From: an uncultured Acidobacteriota bacterium | GTDB lineage: Bacteria; Actinomycetota; Acidimicrobiia; Spongiisociales; ZC4RG35 | Reading direction: 5' to 3' | Assembly (NCBI GenBank): GCA_963828465.1 | Contig: CAWHEU010000022.1 | Span: 192,001 to 256,000 of the forward strand | Length of the DNA stretch: 64,000 nucleotides | Shown: piece by piece, positions 18,913 to 29,278 of the stretch | Numbering within the stretch: position 1 is the first letter of the stretch | Layout of the letters: each line of letters begins with the position of its first letter | Position numbers and translations under genes: made by a program | The notes under the pieces: generated by a model | The model's database searches: none | What the model was told of the DNA's origin: nothing | The model's input: the letters and a program-made list of their open reading frames with translations, nothing else

Positions 18913-20373
18913 GTGGCGCGTCGTTCCCAGTTTCGCTTGCTGGTGGCGCTCACCATCGTTTGGGCTTTGTGGGCAGGCTGGTCGCTGCTCGGACGTGAAA
19001 CCCCCTACACCCTCAGGGTGCTCGACGACGCTGGGGCGCCGATCGCGGCGGCGTCGGTTGATATCAACGAGAGTCAGGTGGGGACGAGCTCCGAGGACGG
19101 GACCATCGAGGTCGAATGGAATCGGTCTTCCACGGTCCTCGAGGTGAGTGCGGCCGGACACGTCCCAAAAACGGTGACGATCGCGGAGCGCCCCGACGAG
19201 GTCTTCGAGGTGGTGCTCAACGCGCGGATTCTCCGCGGCCGGGTCCTCGATCCGGCGGGCACGCCGGTCGAGTCGGCCGTGGTGGTGGCGGGGCCAGCTT
19301 CGGGAACCACCGATGCCGAGGGAAAGATCAGTCTCCGTGGGGCCGAGCCGGGGACGGTCGCCGTCTCCCGGCCAGCGTGGATACCCACGTCCTTCGAATG
19401 GGATGGTGGCGCCGGGGAATCTGTCGTCGAGATCGCGCCGTTCCTTGCTCGCGCCGTCCACATCGCAGGTGAGGCCGCCGGCGAGGACATCGATCGTTTC
19501 TTCGAGATGGCGCATACCACTGAGCTCAATGCCCTCATGCTCGATCTGAAGGACGAGACGGGGCTCGTCTGGTACAACAGCACTGACCCGACCGCGGCCG
19601 AGGTCGAGGCGATCCGAGGGGTTTACGACCTGAGCGCCGTCGCCGCCCGGGCGGAACAGGAGGATCTGTACCTGATCGGTCGGATCGTGGTCTTCAACGA
19701 TCCGACCGCAGCTGTGGCGAAGCCTGAGATGTCGGTCTGGGACAGCGCGACGGACCAGCTCTATCAGTCCAACGGGCAGTACTTCCTCGACCCCACCGAC
19801 CCGGAGGCGCGGGCCTATGGGCTGGCGATCGCCCAGGAGGCATGTTCCATGGGTCTGGACGAGGTGCAGTTCGATTACATCCGCTTCCCCGACAAGCGAA
19901 CCGACTCCACCACGTTCGACCAAGGGGTGAGCCTCGAAACGAGGACGGCGACGATCATTGGCTTCCTGGAAGAGGCGGTCGCCATGCTTCATCCGATGGG
20001 TTGCGCTGTCGGCGCCGATGTGTTCGGCTTTACGACGGCCGCGGCCGACGATGGCGGGATCGGCCAGAACTGGGATCAGGTCACCCAGGTTGTCGATGTC
20101 GCTTCTCCGATGGTGTATCCGTCCCATTACACGTCGGGTTGGTATGACTTCGAGACTCCCAACGACCATCCCGGTCCAATGGTCACTAACGCCATCCAGG
20201 ACGGGATGGACCGGTTGTCGAGGAACGTGGTGGTTCGTCCCTGGCTGCAGGACTTCGGATACACCCCGGACCAGGTTCGGGCCCAGATCGAGGTGGCCGA
20301 GGACTACGGCCTCGGCTGGATGCTGTGGAATGCGGCGTCCAATGTCACGGTCGACGCCCTCCGGGCGGAGTAA
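18913..20373 (+). CDS. Putative glycoside hydrolase (DUF4015/GHL-type) with N-terminal Ig-like domains
   Basis: DLKDETG, GRIVVFND, GLDEVQFDYIRFP, PMVYPSHY, RPWLQDF. Confidence 0.82.
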   Translation: MARRSQFRLLVALTIVWALWAGWSLLGRETPYTLRVLDDAGAPIAAASVDINESQVGTSSEDGTIEVEWNRSSTVLEVSAAGHVPKTVTIAERPDEVFEVVLNARILRGRVLDPAGTPVESAVVVAGPASGTTDAEGKISLRGAEPGTVAVSRPAWIPTSFEWDGGAGESVVEIAPFLARAVHIAGEAAGEDIDRFFEMAHTTELNALMLDLKDETGLVWYNSTDPTAAEVEAIRGVYDLSAVAARAEQEDLYLIGRIVVFNDPTAAVAKPEMSVWDSATDQLYQSNGQYFLDPTDPEARAYGLAIAQEACSMGLDEVQFDYIRFPDKRTDSTTFDQGVSLETRTATIIGFLEEAVAMLHPMGCAVGADVFGFTTAAADDGGIGQNWDQVTQVVDVASPMVYPSHYTSGWYDFETPNDHPGPMVTNAIQDGMDRLSRNVVVRPWLQDFGYTPDQVRAQIEVAEDYGLGWMLWNAASNVTVDALRAE

Positions 20374-20376
20374 TAA

Positions 20377-20431
20377 CCCCCTCCGGCCCTTCGGGCCACC
20401 TCCCCCAACGTCGCTCCGCTCCTGGGGGAGG
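20377..20431. repeat. REP-like palindromic element
   Basis: CCCCCTCC-GGCCC.TTC.GGGCC-ACCTCCCCC...GGGGGAGG; same architecture at 36261. Confidence 0.6.
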
Positions 20432-20441
20432 AGAATTCGCA

Positions 20442-20466
20442 CTATGGGCATAGGTGAAATACCATT
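20442..20466 (+). promoter_or_regulatory. Shared suf promoter/operator motif
   Basis: CTATGGGCATAGGTGAAATACCATT; 21/25 identical to 29239-29263 (minus). Confidence 0.7.
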
Positions 20467-20490
20467 CTCTCTTCCCTTCCGGAGCAGTAT

Positions 20491-21753
20491 TTGACCGCGT
20501 TCGACCGAGAGAATCTGGCCCTGATCACCGCCTCTGCCCCAGGCTGGAGGCGATCCCAGATGGAGGCGGCATACGAGGTCTTCGCTGCCCTCGACGAGCC
20601 CACCGGAGCCGAAGAAGACTGGCGGTACGTCGAGTTCGAGCACAGCTTCTCCGAGCTCCAGCCGGTTGCCGATCCGGGCATGGAGCTCGAACCGGGCCCA
20701 TTTGTCACATCTCTCCCGGAGCGATCCGGGCGCGTCTTGATCGTCGATGGCAAGGTCTTGGCGCATCACTCCGACGTCGCCACTGTCCGTCGCTTTTCCG
20801 AGCTCGACGACGATCCGGGATTCACCGGGATGGTGCCGACCGACCACAACAAGCTGGCGGCAGCCCATGCTGCCTTCTCCACGGAGGGCGCTCGGATCGA
20901 GGTGCCGGCAAACACGGTCATGGAGAGGCCATTGGTGGTCGAGATTCAGGCCACCACGGCGGGGACGGCTTCCTTCCCGCATCTTCAGGTCATCGTCGGC
21001 GAGAACGCCGAAGCAATCGTCCTCGTGGACTACCGGTCGGCCGATGGTGCCCGACTTCTACTCGTTCCCAGGATCGATCTTGAAGTGGGGAGCGGGGGAC
21101 GCTTGCGTTTCGTCTCGGTCCAAGGCCTCGACCACGCCGCGACCAACGTCGTGCATCAACGGGCGGTGTTGGGCCGCGACTCAACATCCCGCATCGGTGA
21201 GGTGGGTTTGGGCGCCAAGTTGGGCCGGCTCGATCTCGGTGTCAGCCTGGTCGGGGACGGTTCCTCTTCGGAGGTGGTCGGTCTCTATTTCGGGGAAGGC
21301 GACCAGACACTCGACTACCGGATGCTTATCGACCATCAGGGTCGCAGCACCACATCCGACGTCTTTCTCAAGGGCGCGGTCGAGGACGATGCTCAGAGTG
21401 TTTTCACGGGCCTCCTGCGGATAGAGAAGGACGCGGCGCGCACCTCGACCTTCGAGACCAACAGGAACCTCGTGCTCTCGGAGAACGCAAAGGCGCACTC
21501 AGTGCCCAACCTCGAGATCCTCTGCAACGACGTCATCTGTGGCCACGCCTCCTCGGTAGGCCCGCTGGAATCCGAGCACCTGTACTACCTGATGAGCCGG
21601 GGACTGAGGCGAGAACGAGCAGAGAGACTGTTGATCCGCGGCTTTTTCCAACAGGTGATCGATCGGCTTCCCATCGAAGATCTCGGGGAGCCTGTTTCCG
21701 ATGAGGTGTTCCGACGGTTCGTGGCGGCCCAGGAGGAGGGCCGGGTCGCATGA
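20491..21753 (+). CDS. sufD: Fe-S cluster assembly protein SufD
   Basis: EEDWRY, NRNLVLS, SVPNLEILCNDVICGHASSVG, YYLMSRG. Confidence 0.93.
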   Translation: MTAFDRENLALITASAPGWRRSQMEAAYEVFAALDEPTGAEEDWRYVEFEHSFSELQPVADPGMELEPGPFVTSLPERSGRVLIVDGKVLAHHSDVATVRRFSELDDDPGFTGMVPTDHNKLAAAHAAFSTEGARIEVPANTVMERPLVVEIQATTAGTASFPHLQVIVGENAEAIVLVDYRSADGARLLLVPRIDLEVGSGGRLRFVSVQGLDHAATNVVHQRAVLGRDSTSRIGEVGLGAKLGRLDLGVSLVGDGSSSEVVGLYFGEGDQTLDYRMLIDHQGRSTTSDVFLKGAVEDDAQSVFTGLLRIEKDAARTSTFETNRNLVLSENAKAHSVPNLEILCNDVICGHASSVGPLESEHLYYLMSRGLRRERAERLLIRGFFQQVIDRLPIEDLGEPVSDEVFRRFVAAQEEGRVA

Positions 21754-22061
21754 AGGTGGAGATCGGCGCCTTCGACACGCTGCCCCGCGACCGCGGCATC
21801 CGCGTCACGCTGGGTGACGATCGGATTGCGATGTTCCGGATCGGTGACGAGGTGTTCGCCGTCGGAGACCGTTGCTCACACGCCGAGGCGTCTCTCGCCG
21901 AAGGTGAAGTCTTCGACTACGAAGTGGAATGCCCGCGACACGGCTCCGCGTTCGACCTCCGCACTGGAAAGCCCTTGGCGTTACCGGCTACGAAGCCGGT
22001 GCCGATCTACGAGGTCGCTATCGAGGAAGGCGTCGTCTATCTCCTTTGGGAGGAATCATGA
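21750..22061 (+). CDS. Rieske-type ferredoxin
   Basis: CSH..CPRHGSAFDL.TG. Confidence 0.93.
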   Translation: MKVEIGAFDTLPRDRGIRVTLGDDRIAMFRIGDEVFAVGDRCSHAEASLAEGEVFDYEVECPRHGSAFDLRTGKPLALPATKPVPIYEVAIEEGVVYLLWEES

Positions 22062-22858
22062 CCACCGCGCTCGACGTCCGTGGACTGTCGGCTGGAGTCG
22101 ATGGAAAGCAGATCCTCGAAAATCTCGACCTGGTCGTCCCGTTCGGGGAGGTGCACGCTCTCATGGGCCCCAACGGGTCGGGCAAGTCCACTCTCTGCCA
22201 TGTCCTGACGGGCAAGGCCGGCTACGTGGTGTCAGGCGAAGCTCTTCTCGAGGGCAATGAGCTGTTGTCCCTCGACGTGGACGAGCGCGCTCGACTTGGC
22301 CTCCTCCAGAGCTTTCAGTACCCGACAGAGGTCCCCGGCGTCGGCCTCCGGGAGTTCCTCCTCGAGGCTGCGGAAGAGCGCGGGATCTCCGAGGCCGAGG
22401 CAATGGAGCGGATAGACAGGGAGGCTGCTCGCTTCGACGTGACGCGATTCCTCGATCGGGCCGTCAACAACGACCTCTCGGGAGGCGAGATGAAGCGGTC
22501 TGAGATCTTCCAGATGGCGGTGCTCAGCCCGCGTGTCGCCCTTCTCGACGAGATCGACTCGGGCCTCGACATCGATGCGGTGAAACAGGTGGCCCAGGCA
22601 GTGGAGGAAATGCGCTCTCCCGAACTCGGGGTGTTGATGATCACTCACTACAACCGAATCCTCCGCTACGTGAAGCCGGACCGAATCCACGTCATGATTG
22701 GAGGCCGCATCGTCGACTCCGGCGGCGCCGAGCTTGCAGAAGAGCTCGAAGCGGGTGGTTACAAGGCGATCAGGGAGCGTCTGGGATTGGTCGAGACCAG
22801 CAGCGAACCGGCTCGACGACCGGCGGATTTCTTCACCGACACCCCCTTCGACGTGTGA
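22058..22858 (+). CDS. sufC: Fe-S cluster assembly ATPase SufC (copy 1)
   Basis: GPNGSGKST, FQYP.EVPGV, LSGGEMKRSE, LDEIDSGLDIDA, ITHY. Confidence 0.92.
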   Translation: MTTALDVRGLSAGVDGKQILENLDLVVPFGEVHALMGPNGSGKSTLCHVLTGKAGYVVSGEALLEGNELLSLDVDERARLGLLQSFQYPTEVPGVGLREFLLEAAEERGISEAEAMERIDREAARFDVTRFLDRAVNNDLSGGEMKRSEIFQMAVLSPRVALLDEIDSGLDIDAVKQVAQAVEEMRSPELGVLMITHYNRILRYVKPDRIHVMIGGRIVDSGGAELAEELEAGGYKAIRERLGLVETSSEPARRPADFFTDTPFDV

Positions 22859-22871
22859 ATCCCCACTTCTG

Positions 22872-23948
22872 ATGGCGTCGCGGACGGCTGCCGAGAAGTG
22901 GCTGGGTGCGCTCACCAACCTTCCCACCGCCTCGGGGCGCGAACACCTGGTCGTCGCATGGGTCAGGAATTGGGTGAAACGCCGTCCTGATCTGAGGTTG
23001 ACCGAGGATTCGGGCGGGAACCTCCTCATCACGAGGAAGGGAAAGAAGCGACGGGATCCGGTCCTTGCCGTGGCCCATATGGATCATCCCGCCTTCGTTG
23101 TCACCGGCGTCGAGGGCCAGACGGCGACTTTCCAGTTCCGGGGTGGGGTCAGACCGGAGTACTTCTCCAACGCGAGGGTCGATTTCGTCACTGGCTCAGC
23201 GAGGGGTGGGCGCGTGGCGTCCTACGACCCACGGGGACGGATCGGCGTGATAGATGTGAAGGGGACTGGCCCTGAGCCCGGGGATATCGCCCGCTGGCAT
23301 GTCGTCACCACGAGACCGCGAGCAGGTCGTCTGATGGCGCCGGCGTGCGACGATCTGGCCGGGTGCGCGGCGGCACTGGCAGCGCTGGATCAGGCCAGGG
23401 AAAGGGCCGATCTCGCCCATTTCGGCGTACTCCTCACCCGCGCCGAGGAGATGGGCTTTGTCGGCGCCATCCATGCCGCGGTCACGCGGAGCATTCCAGC
23501 CGATGCCCGTCTTCTCTCCATCGAGACGTCTCGGGCTTCTGCCGAAGCCCCGCTGGGAGGTGGGCCCGTGATCCGCGTGGGTGATGCGGTCACCGTGTTC
23601 GATCAGGAACTGACCAATCGAATCAGCCGGGCGGCCGCGGGGACCGGGTTGCGTCATCAGCGCAAACTGATGGTGGGAGGCGCCTGTGAGGCCACGGCAT
23701 TCGGGGTCTATGGCTATGTCGCCACCGGGCTTTGCCTCCCGCTCGGGAACTATCACAACATGGGAAACCTCGACGAAGTCGAAGCCGGGACCGGGAAGGC
23801 CCGGCCCATGTTGGAGGAAGTCTCGTTGGACGACTTCCACGGTCTCGTCGATCTCCTCTTGGTCGCCGCCGAGGCTGTGGACCATGAGGGCAACCTGCGT
23901 GAGCGTCTCGACATCGGGTATTCAGACGGCCGCCGTCTCCTCGGGTGA
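22872..23948 (+). CDS. M42/M20/M28-type metallohydrolase
   Basis: AHMDHP, CDDLAG, RAEEMG, SIETS, NYHN. Confidence 0.8.
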   Translation: MASRTAAEKWLGALTNLPTASGREHLVVAWVRNWVKRRPDLRLTEDSGGNLLITRKGKKRRDPVLAVAHMDHPAFVVTGVEGQTATFQFRGGVRPEYFSNARVDFVTGSARGGRVASYDPRGRIGVIDVKGTGPEPGDIARWHVVTTRPRAGRLMAPACDDLAGCAAALAALDQARERADLAHFGVLLTRAEEMGFVGAIHAAVTRSIPADARLLSIETSRASAEAPLGGGPVIRVGDAVTVFDQELTNRISRAAAGTGLRHQRKLMVGGACEATAFGVYGYVATGLCLPLGNYHNMGNLDEVEAGTGKARPMLEEVSLDDFHGLVDLLLVAAEAVDHEGNLRERLDIGYSDGRRLLG

Positions 23949-23992
23949 CGATGTCCGTGGCCCACTACCGTCGGTGTCGAAAGGAGAATTGA

Positions 23993-25384
23993 GTGGAGTT
24001 CAGGGTCGAGAAGGACTCGATGGGTGAGGTGCAGGTCCCGGCAGATGCCTACTACGGCGCCTCCACTCAGCGGGCCGTGGAGAACTTCCCAATCTCCCAG
24101 CTCCGCTTCGGGAGGGGATTCATCTGGGCGCTCGGGCTGATCAAGGGCTCCGCAGCCGAGATCTCAGGGCGACAGGGCCATCTCGACCAGGACAAGGCGG
24201 ACGCGATCAGGGTGGCTGCCGACGAGGTGATGGACGGCCGCCACGATCAGCAGTTCGTGCTCGACATCTTCCAGACCGGGTCCGGCACCTCGACAAACAC
24301 CAACGCCAACGAAGTCATCGCGGGACGAGCGACCGAGATCCTGGGCGGTGAGACGGGATCAGGTCTCGTTCATCCGAATGACGATGTGAACTTCGGCCAG
24401 TCATCGAACGACGTCATTCCCACCGCAATCCATGTTGCAGCCGTTGCGGCCATCAGAGAGGATTTGATGCCGGCCCTCGCCGGGCTCGCCGGCTCGTTGG
24501 AGGCCAAGGCCGCCGAGTTCGAAGACGTCGTGAAATCCGGGAGGACTCACCTCATGGACGCCACCCCTGTCACTCTGGGCCAGGAGTTCGGCGGATGGGC
24601 GGCTCAGGTCCAAAAGGGGATCGAGCGCTTGGAAAACGTGCTGCCAGAGTTGGAGGAACTGGCGCTGGGCGGAACCGCCGTTGGGACCGGGATCAACGCA
24701 CCCTCCGGTTTCGCCGCCGCGGTCATCGGATTGATGGCCGAGGGCACAGGGTTCGCCTTCACGGAAGCCGGGAATCATTTCGAAGCGCAGGGATCCAAGG
24801 ATGCCGTGGTGATGGCTTCGGGCGTCCTCAAGACGATTGCCACGTCGCTCTTCAAGATCGCCAACGACATCCGCTTTCTCGGATCCGGGCCGACTTCGGG
24901 GATCGCCGAGATCAGGATCCCCGAGCTGCAACCCGGATCCTCGATCATGCCGGGCAAGGTCAACCCGGTCATGTCCGAGATGATGATGCAGGTCGCGGCG
25001 CAGGTCGTCGGCAACGATGCAACGGTCACCTGGAGCGGGGCGAACGGAAACTTCGAGCTCAACGTGATGATGCCGGTCATGGCTCACAACCTTCTCGAGT
25101 CGATCGGCCTCCTCGCCGCGGCCTCCAGGACCTTCGCCACGAGATGTGTCGATGGCATCGAGGCCAACTCCGAGCGGGTTCGTGAGCTCCTGGAGCGAAA
25201 TGCAGTCGTGGTCACCGCGCTCAACCCGCACATCGGCTACGACAACGGGGCCCGAATCGTGAAGGAAGCAGCTGCCACGGGCCGGTCGATTCGTGAGTTG
25301 GTGCTCGAGGCCGGGTTGATGACCGCCGAAGAGCTGGACTCCGCTCTCGATCTGAAGAAGATGACCGAGGGCGGGATCAGCTGA
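23993..25384 (+). CDS. fumC: Class II fumarate hydratase
   Basis: [45 protein letters not shown]. Confidence 0.96.
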   Translation: MEFRVEKDSMGEVQVPADAYYGASTQRAVENFPISQLRFGRGFIWALGLIKGSAAEISGRQGHLDQDKADAIRVAADEVMDGRHDQQFVLDIFQTGSGTSTNTNANEVIAGRATEILGGETGSGLVHPNDDVNFGQSSNDVIPTAIHVAAVAAIREDLMPALAGLAGSLEAKAAEFEDVVKSGRTHLMDATPVTLGQEFGGWAAQVQKGIERLENVLPELEELALGGTAVGTGINAPSGFAAAVIGLMAEGTGFAFTEAGNHFEAQGSKDAVVMASGVLKTIATSLFKIANDIRFLGSGPTSGIAEIRIPELQPGSSIMPGKVNPVMSEMMMQVAAQVVGNDATVTWSGANGNFELNVMMPVMAHNLLESIGLLAAASRTFATRCVDGIEANSERVRELLERNAVVVTALNPHIGYDNGARIVKEAAATGRSIRELVLEAGLMTAEELDSALDLKKMTEGGIS

Positions 25385-25385
25385 G

Positions 25386-26607
25386 GTGGCCGAGGCCACG
25401 CTCACCGTCGCCGGCTTGTTGGACACCCTCGACGCGGCGGTGGGGTCAGCGGTTCCCGGGCCGGTGTGGGTGCGAGGGGAGGTGTCGGGGTTTCAACGCA
25501 CCAGCCGTGGTGCCGCTTTCTTCCGGCTGGTCGATCCTGAGCAGCCCGACAACGCGATCGAAGTGGCCGCCTCGGGTCGAATGATGATGACCGTCACCCA
25601 TGCTTTGGAATCCGCTGGAGTCGGCGGGCTGCGAAGCGGAATCGAGGTTCGGGTGAGGGCGACTGTCGGGGTTCGTCACAACAGGGGGCATATCCAACTG
25701 AGTCTTCTCGAGGTCGACCCTTCGTTCACCGCCGGCCGGCTTGCCCTGGATCGTGACGAAGTCCTTCGACGGCTCGCCGGCGACGGCTCGCTCGCTGCCA
25801 ACAAGCGGCTGGAGCTCCCGACAGTGCCGCTGCGGATCGGGCTCGTGACAAGTCGCGGATCAGCCGCCCATGCCGACTTCCTCGATCAGCTTCGGCGCCC
25901 CGGCTATCGGTTCTCGGTCCGGACGGTGCAGGCGGCCATGCAGGGAGACAGAGCCGTGGCGAATGTGGTTCAGGCGCTGAGACGGCTGGGGACCGAGGAC
26001 GTCGATGTCGTTGCCGTGGTCCGAGGGGGAGGCTCGAAGCTGGACCTGGCCTCCTTCGACGCGGAGGAGGTGGGCCGGGCGGTTGCTGCGATGCCTGTCC
26101 CAGTCATCACCGGGATCGGGCACGAGACGGACAGGACTGTCGCGGATGAGGCAGCCGCCGTATCGCTGAAGACGCCCACGGCGGCCGCGGAGTGGATCGT
26201 GGCAAGGGTGGCCGACTACGCGGGCCGAGTGGATACTGCGACACACACGATTCGAGATGCTGCCCGCTCGGCCTGGAATGGCGCCGTGGTCCGCCTCGAC
26301 CACTCGGCTTCACAACTCGCCGGCACTCGCAGCGTGTTGCGGCGGCAGATGGATGCACATCGACCTTCTGGAGCAGGGAGTGATCGAAGGGTCCCGAACA
26401 GGTCTCCAAAGGCACCGGGACCATCTGTCCGTCTTCGCCGAGATGTTCGCCGCCATCGGTGTCGGGCCGACGCTGCGACGAGGATTCGCCCTCGTCACCA
26501 GGCCCGACGGATCGGTGGTGCGCAGCGCCGGTGAGTTGGGGGCCGGTGATCGGGTGACAGTGAGATTGGCCGACGGGTCCGTGACGATGGTGGTGGAGGA
26601 GCGATGA
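25386..26607 (+). CDS. xseA: Exodeoxyribonuclease VII large subunit (frameshift near 26360)
   Basis: VWVRGEVS, RGGGS..DL..FD, TGIGHETD, TPTAAAE; C-terminal TLRRGFALV..LADG in next frame. Confidence 0.9.
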
Positions 26608-26802
26608 CCGACTCGCAGCCGACCTATCGGGAGGCGTTGGATGAGTTGAGGGCCATCCACGCCCGCCTGCGCGACGACGAGGTCGATGTCGACACTCTGC
26701 TCGCCGACGTTCAGCGGGCCTCGGATCTGCTCGCCTATCTGCCGTGAACGCCTCAATTCTGTGGGTGAGCGACTCGAAGAGGTCCTAACCGACTTCGAGT
26801 AG
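26604..26802 (+). CDS. xseB: Exodeoxyribonuclease VII small subunit (frameshift near 26740; absent from ORF track)
   Basis: MTDSQPTYREALDELRAIHARLRDDEVDVDTL..RASDLLAY / CRERLNSVGERLEEVL. Confidence 0.85.
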
Positions 26803-26810
26803 GGGCTGGT

Positions 26811-27260
26811 CTACCCGGTCTCTCCCAACGCCTCGAGCAGGACGTTCCAGCCAAGGCTGGCGCATTTGATGCGGACCGGGTACTTGCGCACGCCTTGGAG
26901 AGACTCGAGGTCGCCGAGCACTGCGCCAGGGCGATCGGGGTCGAGCTCGATCTCGGCCTGCCCGTCCAGGGACATCATGTCGCGGAATCGTTGGGTAAGG
27001 GCTTCGATCTCCGCTCGGGTTTTGCCCTTGATCGCCTCGGTCATCATCGATGCCGAGGACTGGCTGATCGAGCAACCCTGCCCGTCGATCGCCACCTCGG
27101 AGACCTTGTCGTCCTCGAAGTTGAGCTCGATCGTGAGCTCGTCACCACACAACGGGTTGACGCCTTCGGCTCTGGCGTCGGGGTTCTCCAGGTGCCCCTT
27201 GTTCCGAGGGCTGCGGTAGTGATCCAGGATTACCTCCCGATAGAGGTCCTCCAGACTCAC
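26811..27260 (-). CDS. sufU: SUF system NifU-family protein
   Basis: LYREVILDHY, NPLCGD, GCSISQSSAS, PVRIKCA. Confidence 0.95.
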   Translation of the reverse strand: MSLEDLYREVILDHYRSPRNKGHLENPDARAEGVNPLCGDELTIELNFEDDKVSEVAIDGQGCSISQSSASMMTEAIKGKTRAEIEALTQRFRDMMSLDGQAEIELDPDRPGAVLGDLESLQGVRKYPVRIKCASLGWNVLLEALGETG

Positions 27261-28474
27261 GATCCGACCCCGAACAGCTCGCCCGCCCTTCGGAGGCCAC
27301 CGATCAAAGCGTCGATGTCCTCCTCTGTGTTGTAGACGTAGAAGCTGGCCCGGGCCGTCGCCGCCACCCCGAGTCGACGCATCAGGGGCTTGGCGCAGTG
27401 GTGTCCGGAGCGGACAGCAACCCCTCCTTCGTCGAGGATGGTGGCCAAGTCGTGCGCGTGAACCCCGTCCATGGACATCGAGATCACTCCACCCCTGTCC
27501 TCGAGGTTGGTCGGCCCCTGTATCTGCAGGCCTGGGACGTCGCTGAGGCGGTCGAGTGCGATTTCGGTGAGCTCCAGGTCGTGCGCCAGAACCTGATCCA
27601 TTCCGATCGACTCCAGGTAGTCGACCGCGGCGTGGAGACCGACCGCCTCGATGATGGGAGGAGTTCCTGCCTCGAAGCGATGTGGGATCTCGGCCCAGGT
27701 TGCATCGTGGAGAGTCACGTCGGAGATCATCTCGCCGCCGCCTTCGAACGGCTCGGTCTCTTCGAGTGCCTCCATCTTGCCCCAGAGGACGCCGATCCCG
27801 GTGGGACCCAGCATCTTGTGAGAGGAGAACGCGATGAAGTCGGCGCCGAGAGCTTCGACATCGACCGATGAGTGAGGGACGAGTTGAGCGGCGTCGACCA
27901 CGACGCGAGCGCCGTGACGATGGGCCAGGTCGGAGATGAACCGGATCGGGGGCAGGATCCCGAGGACATTGGACATCCCGGTGACGGCCACGATCTTCAC
28001 GTCGGGCCCGAGCTTTTCCTCGTAGGCGGCGAGATCCAGCCTGAAATCATCGGTCATGGGGATGTGGTCGAGGGTGGCACCGGTTCGTTTGGCCACCATC
28101 TGCCAGGGCACGAGATTGGCGTGGTGCTCTATCTCAGTGCTGAGGATTCGATCGCCTGGCCCGAGATGCTCCAGTCCCCACCCGAAGGCGACGGTGTTGA
28201 GTGCAGTGGTTGCTCCCCGGGTGAACACGACCTCTCTCGGGTCGGTAGCGCCGATGAAGCCGGCAACACGCTCCCGGGCCGCCTCATAGGCCTCGGTCGA
28301 AGCAACGGAGAGCTTGTAAGCGCCACGGTGGACATTGGCATAGGAGGTCCGGGCGAAGCGGTCCATTGCCTCCAACACGGGAATCGGCTTCTGCGACGAC
28401 GCACCTGAGTCGAGGAAATGGACCCCATTGGCGAGGACCGGGAAGTCGGCTTTCAGATGCGAGAGGTCTGTCAC
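27257..28474 (-). CDS. sufS: Cysteine desulfurase SufS
   Basis: LDSGASSQKP, EHHANLVPW, SSHKMLGPTG, RSGHHCA. Confidence 0.95.
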   Translation of the reverse strand: MTDLSHLKADFPVLANGVHFLDSGASSQKPIPVLEAMDRFARTSYANVHRGAYKLSVASTEAYEAARERVAGFIGATDPREVVFTRGATTALNTVAFGWGLEHLGPGDRILSTEIEHHANLVPWQMVAKRTGATLDHIPMTDDFRLDLAAYEEKLGPDVKIVAVTGMSNVLGILPPIRFISDLAHRHGARVVVDAAQLVPHSSVDVEALGADFIAFSSHKMLGPTGIGVLWGKMEALEETEPFEGGGEMISDVTLHDATWAEIPHRFEAGTPPIIEAVGLHAAVDYLESIGMDQVLAHDLELTEIALDRLSDVPGLQIQGPTNLEDRGGVISMSMDGVHAHDLATILDEGGVAVRSGHHCAKPLMRRLGVAATARASFYVYNTEEDIDALIGGLRRAGELFGVGS

Positions 28475-28476
28475 GT

Positions 28477-29232
28477 CTAGGTCAACACCGTCCGGAACGA
28501 ATCGTATCCCTCTTGTTCGAGCCTGCCCGCAAGCTCAGGACCGCCGCTCTCCAGTACCCGGCCGTCCATGAAGATGTGGACCCGGTCAGGGGTCACGTAG
28601 TCGAGCAGGCGCTGATAGTGGGTGATGATCAGAAACCCGCGGTCAGGCCCGGTGAGCTTGTTGACCCCGTCGGCGACGGTTCGAAGGGCGTCGATGTCGA
28701 GCCCGGAGTCGGTCTCGTCCATGATGGCGAGGTCGGGCTTCAGCACCGCCATCTGGAGGACCTCGTTTCGCTTCCGCTCGCCGCCCGAGAATCCCTCGTT
28801 GAGGTAGCGATCGGCGAAGGAGCTCTCCATGCCGAGTTCCTTCATGGCGTCCATCACCTTGAGCCGCAGCTCGAGGACGGTCAGGTCGACACCGGTGCGG
28901 TTGGACAGGGCCTGGCGGAGGAACTGGATCACCGACACGCCCGGGATCGCCTCCGGGTGCTGGAAGGCGAGGAACATCCCGGCGGCGCCCCTCCGACTGG
29001 CGCTGACCGCGGTCATGTCCTCACCCTTGTAGAGAATGCGGCCCGCCGTCACCTTGTAGATGGGGTGACCCATGAGGACATTTGCGAGGGTCGACTTCCC
29101 CGACCCGTTGGGACCCATGAGTGCGTGAATTTCGCCTTCATCGACGGTCAGGTCCACCCCTTTGAGGATCTCGATGTCCCCTACACCGGCGCGAAGTCCC
29201 TCGATCTGAAGGAGGGGAGTGGTCTCGCTCAC
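28477..29232 (-). CDS. sufC: Fe-S cluster assembly ATPase SufC (copy 2)
   Basis: GPNGSGKST, RYLNEGFSGGERKRNE, DETDSGLDIDA, ITHYQRLL. Confidence 0.95.
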   Translation of the reverse strand: MSETTPLLQIEGLRAGVGDIEILKGVDLTVDEGEIHALMGPNGSGKSTLANVLMGHPIYKVTAGRILYKGEDMTAVSASRRGAAGMFLAFQHPEAIPGVSVIQFLRQALSNRTGVDLTVLELRLKVMDAMKELGMESSFADRYLNEGFSGGERKRNEVLQMAVLKPDLAIMDETDSGLDIDALRTVADGVNKLTGPDRGFLIITHYQRLLDYVTPDRVHIFMDGRVLESGGPELAGRLEQEGYDSFRTVLT

Positions 29233-29238
29233 ACCCAC

Positions 29239-29263
29239 AATGGTATTTGCACTATTCCCATAG
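29239..29263 (-). promoter_or_regulatory. Shared suf promoter/operator motif; probable leaderless start
   Basis: CTATGGGAATAGTGCAAATACCATT; -10-like TACCAT lies 7 nt before GTG 29232. Confidence 0.7.
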
Positions 29264-29278
29264 GGGAAATGCAATTGG

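Noticed and set aside
18910-20982. 690-aa minus-strand ORF and other long antisense ORFs
   Set aside because: Shadow frames of high-GC genes; no recognisable motifs, and they fully overlap well-supported plus-strand genes.
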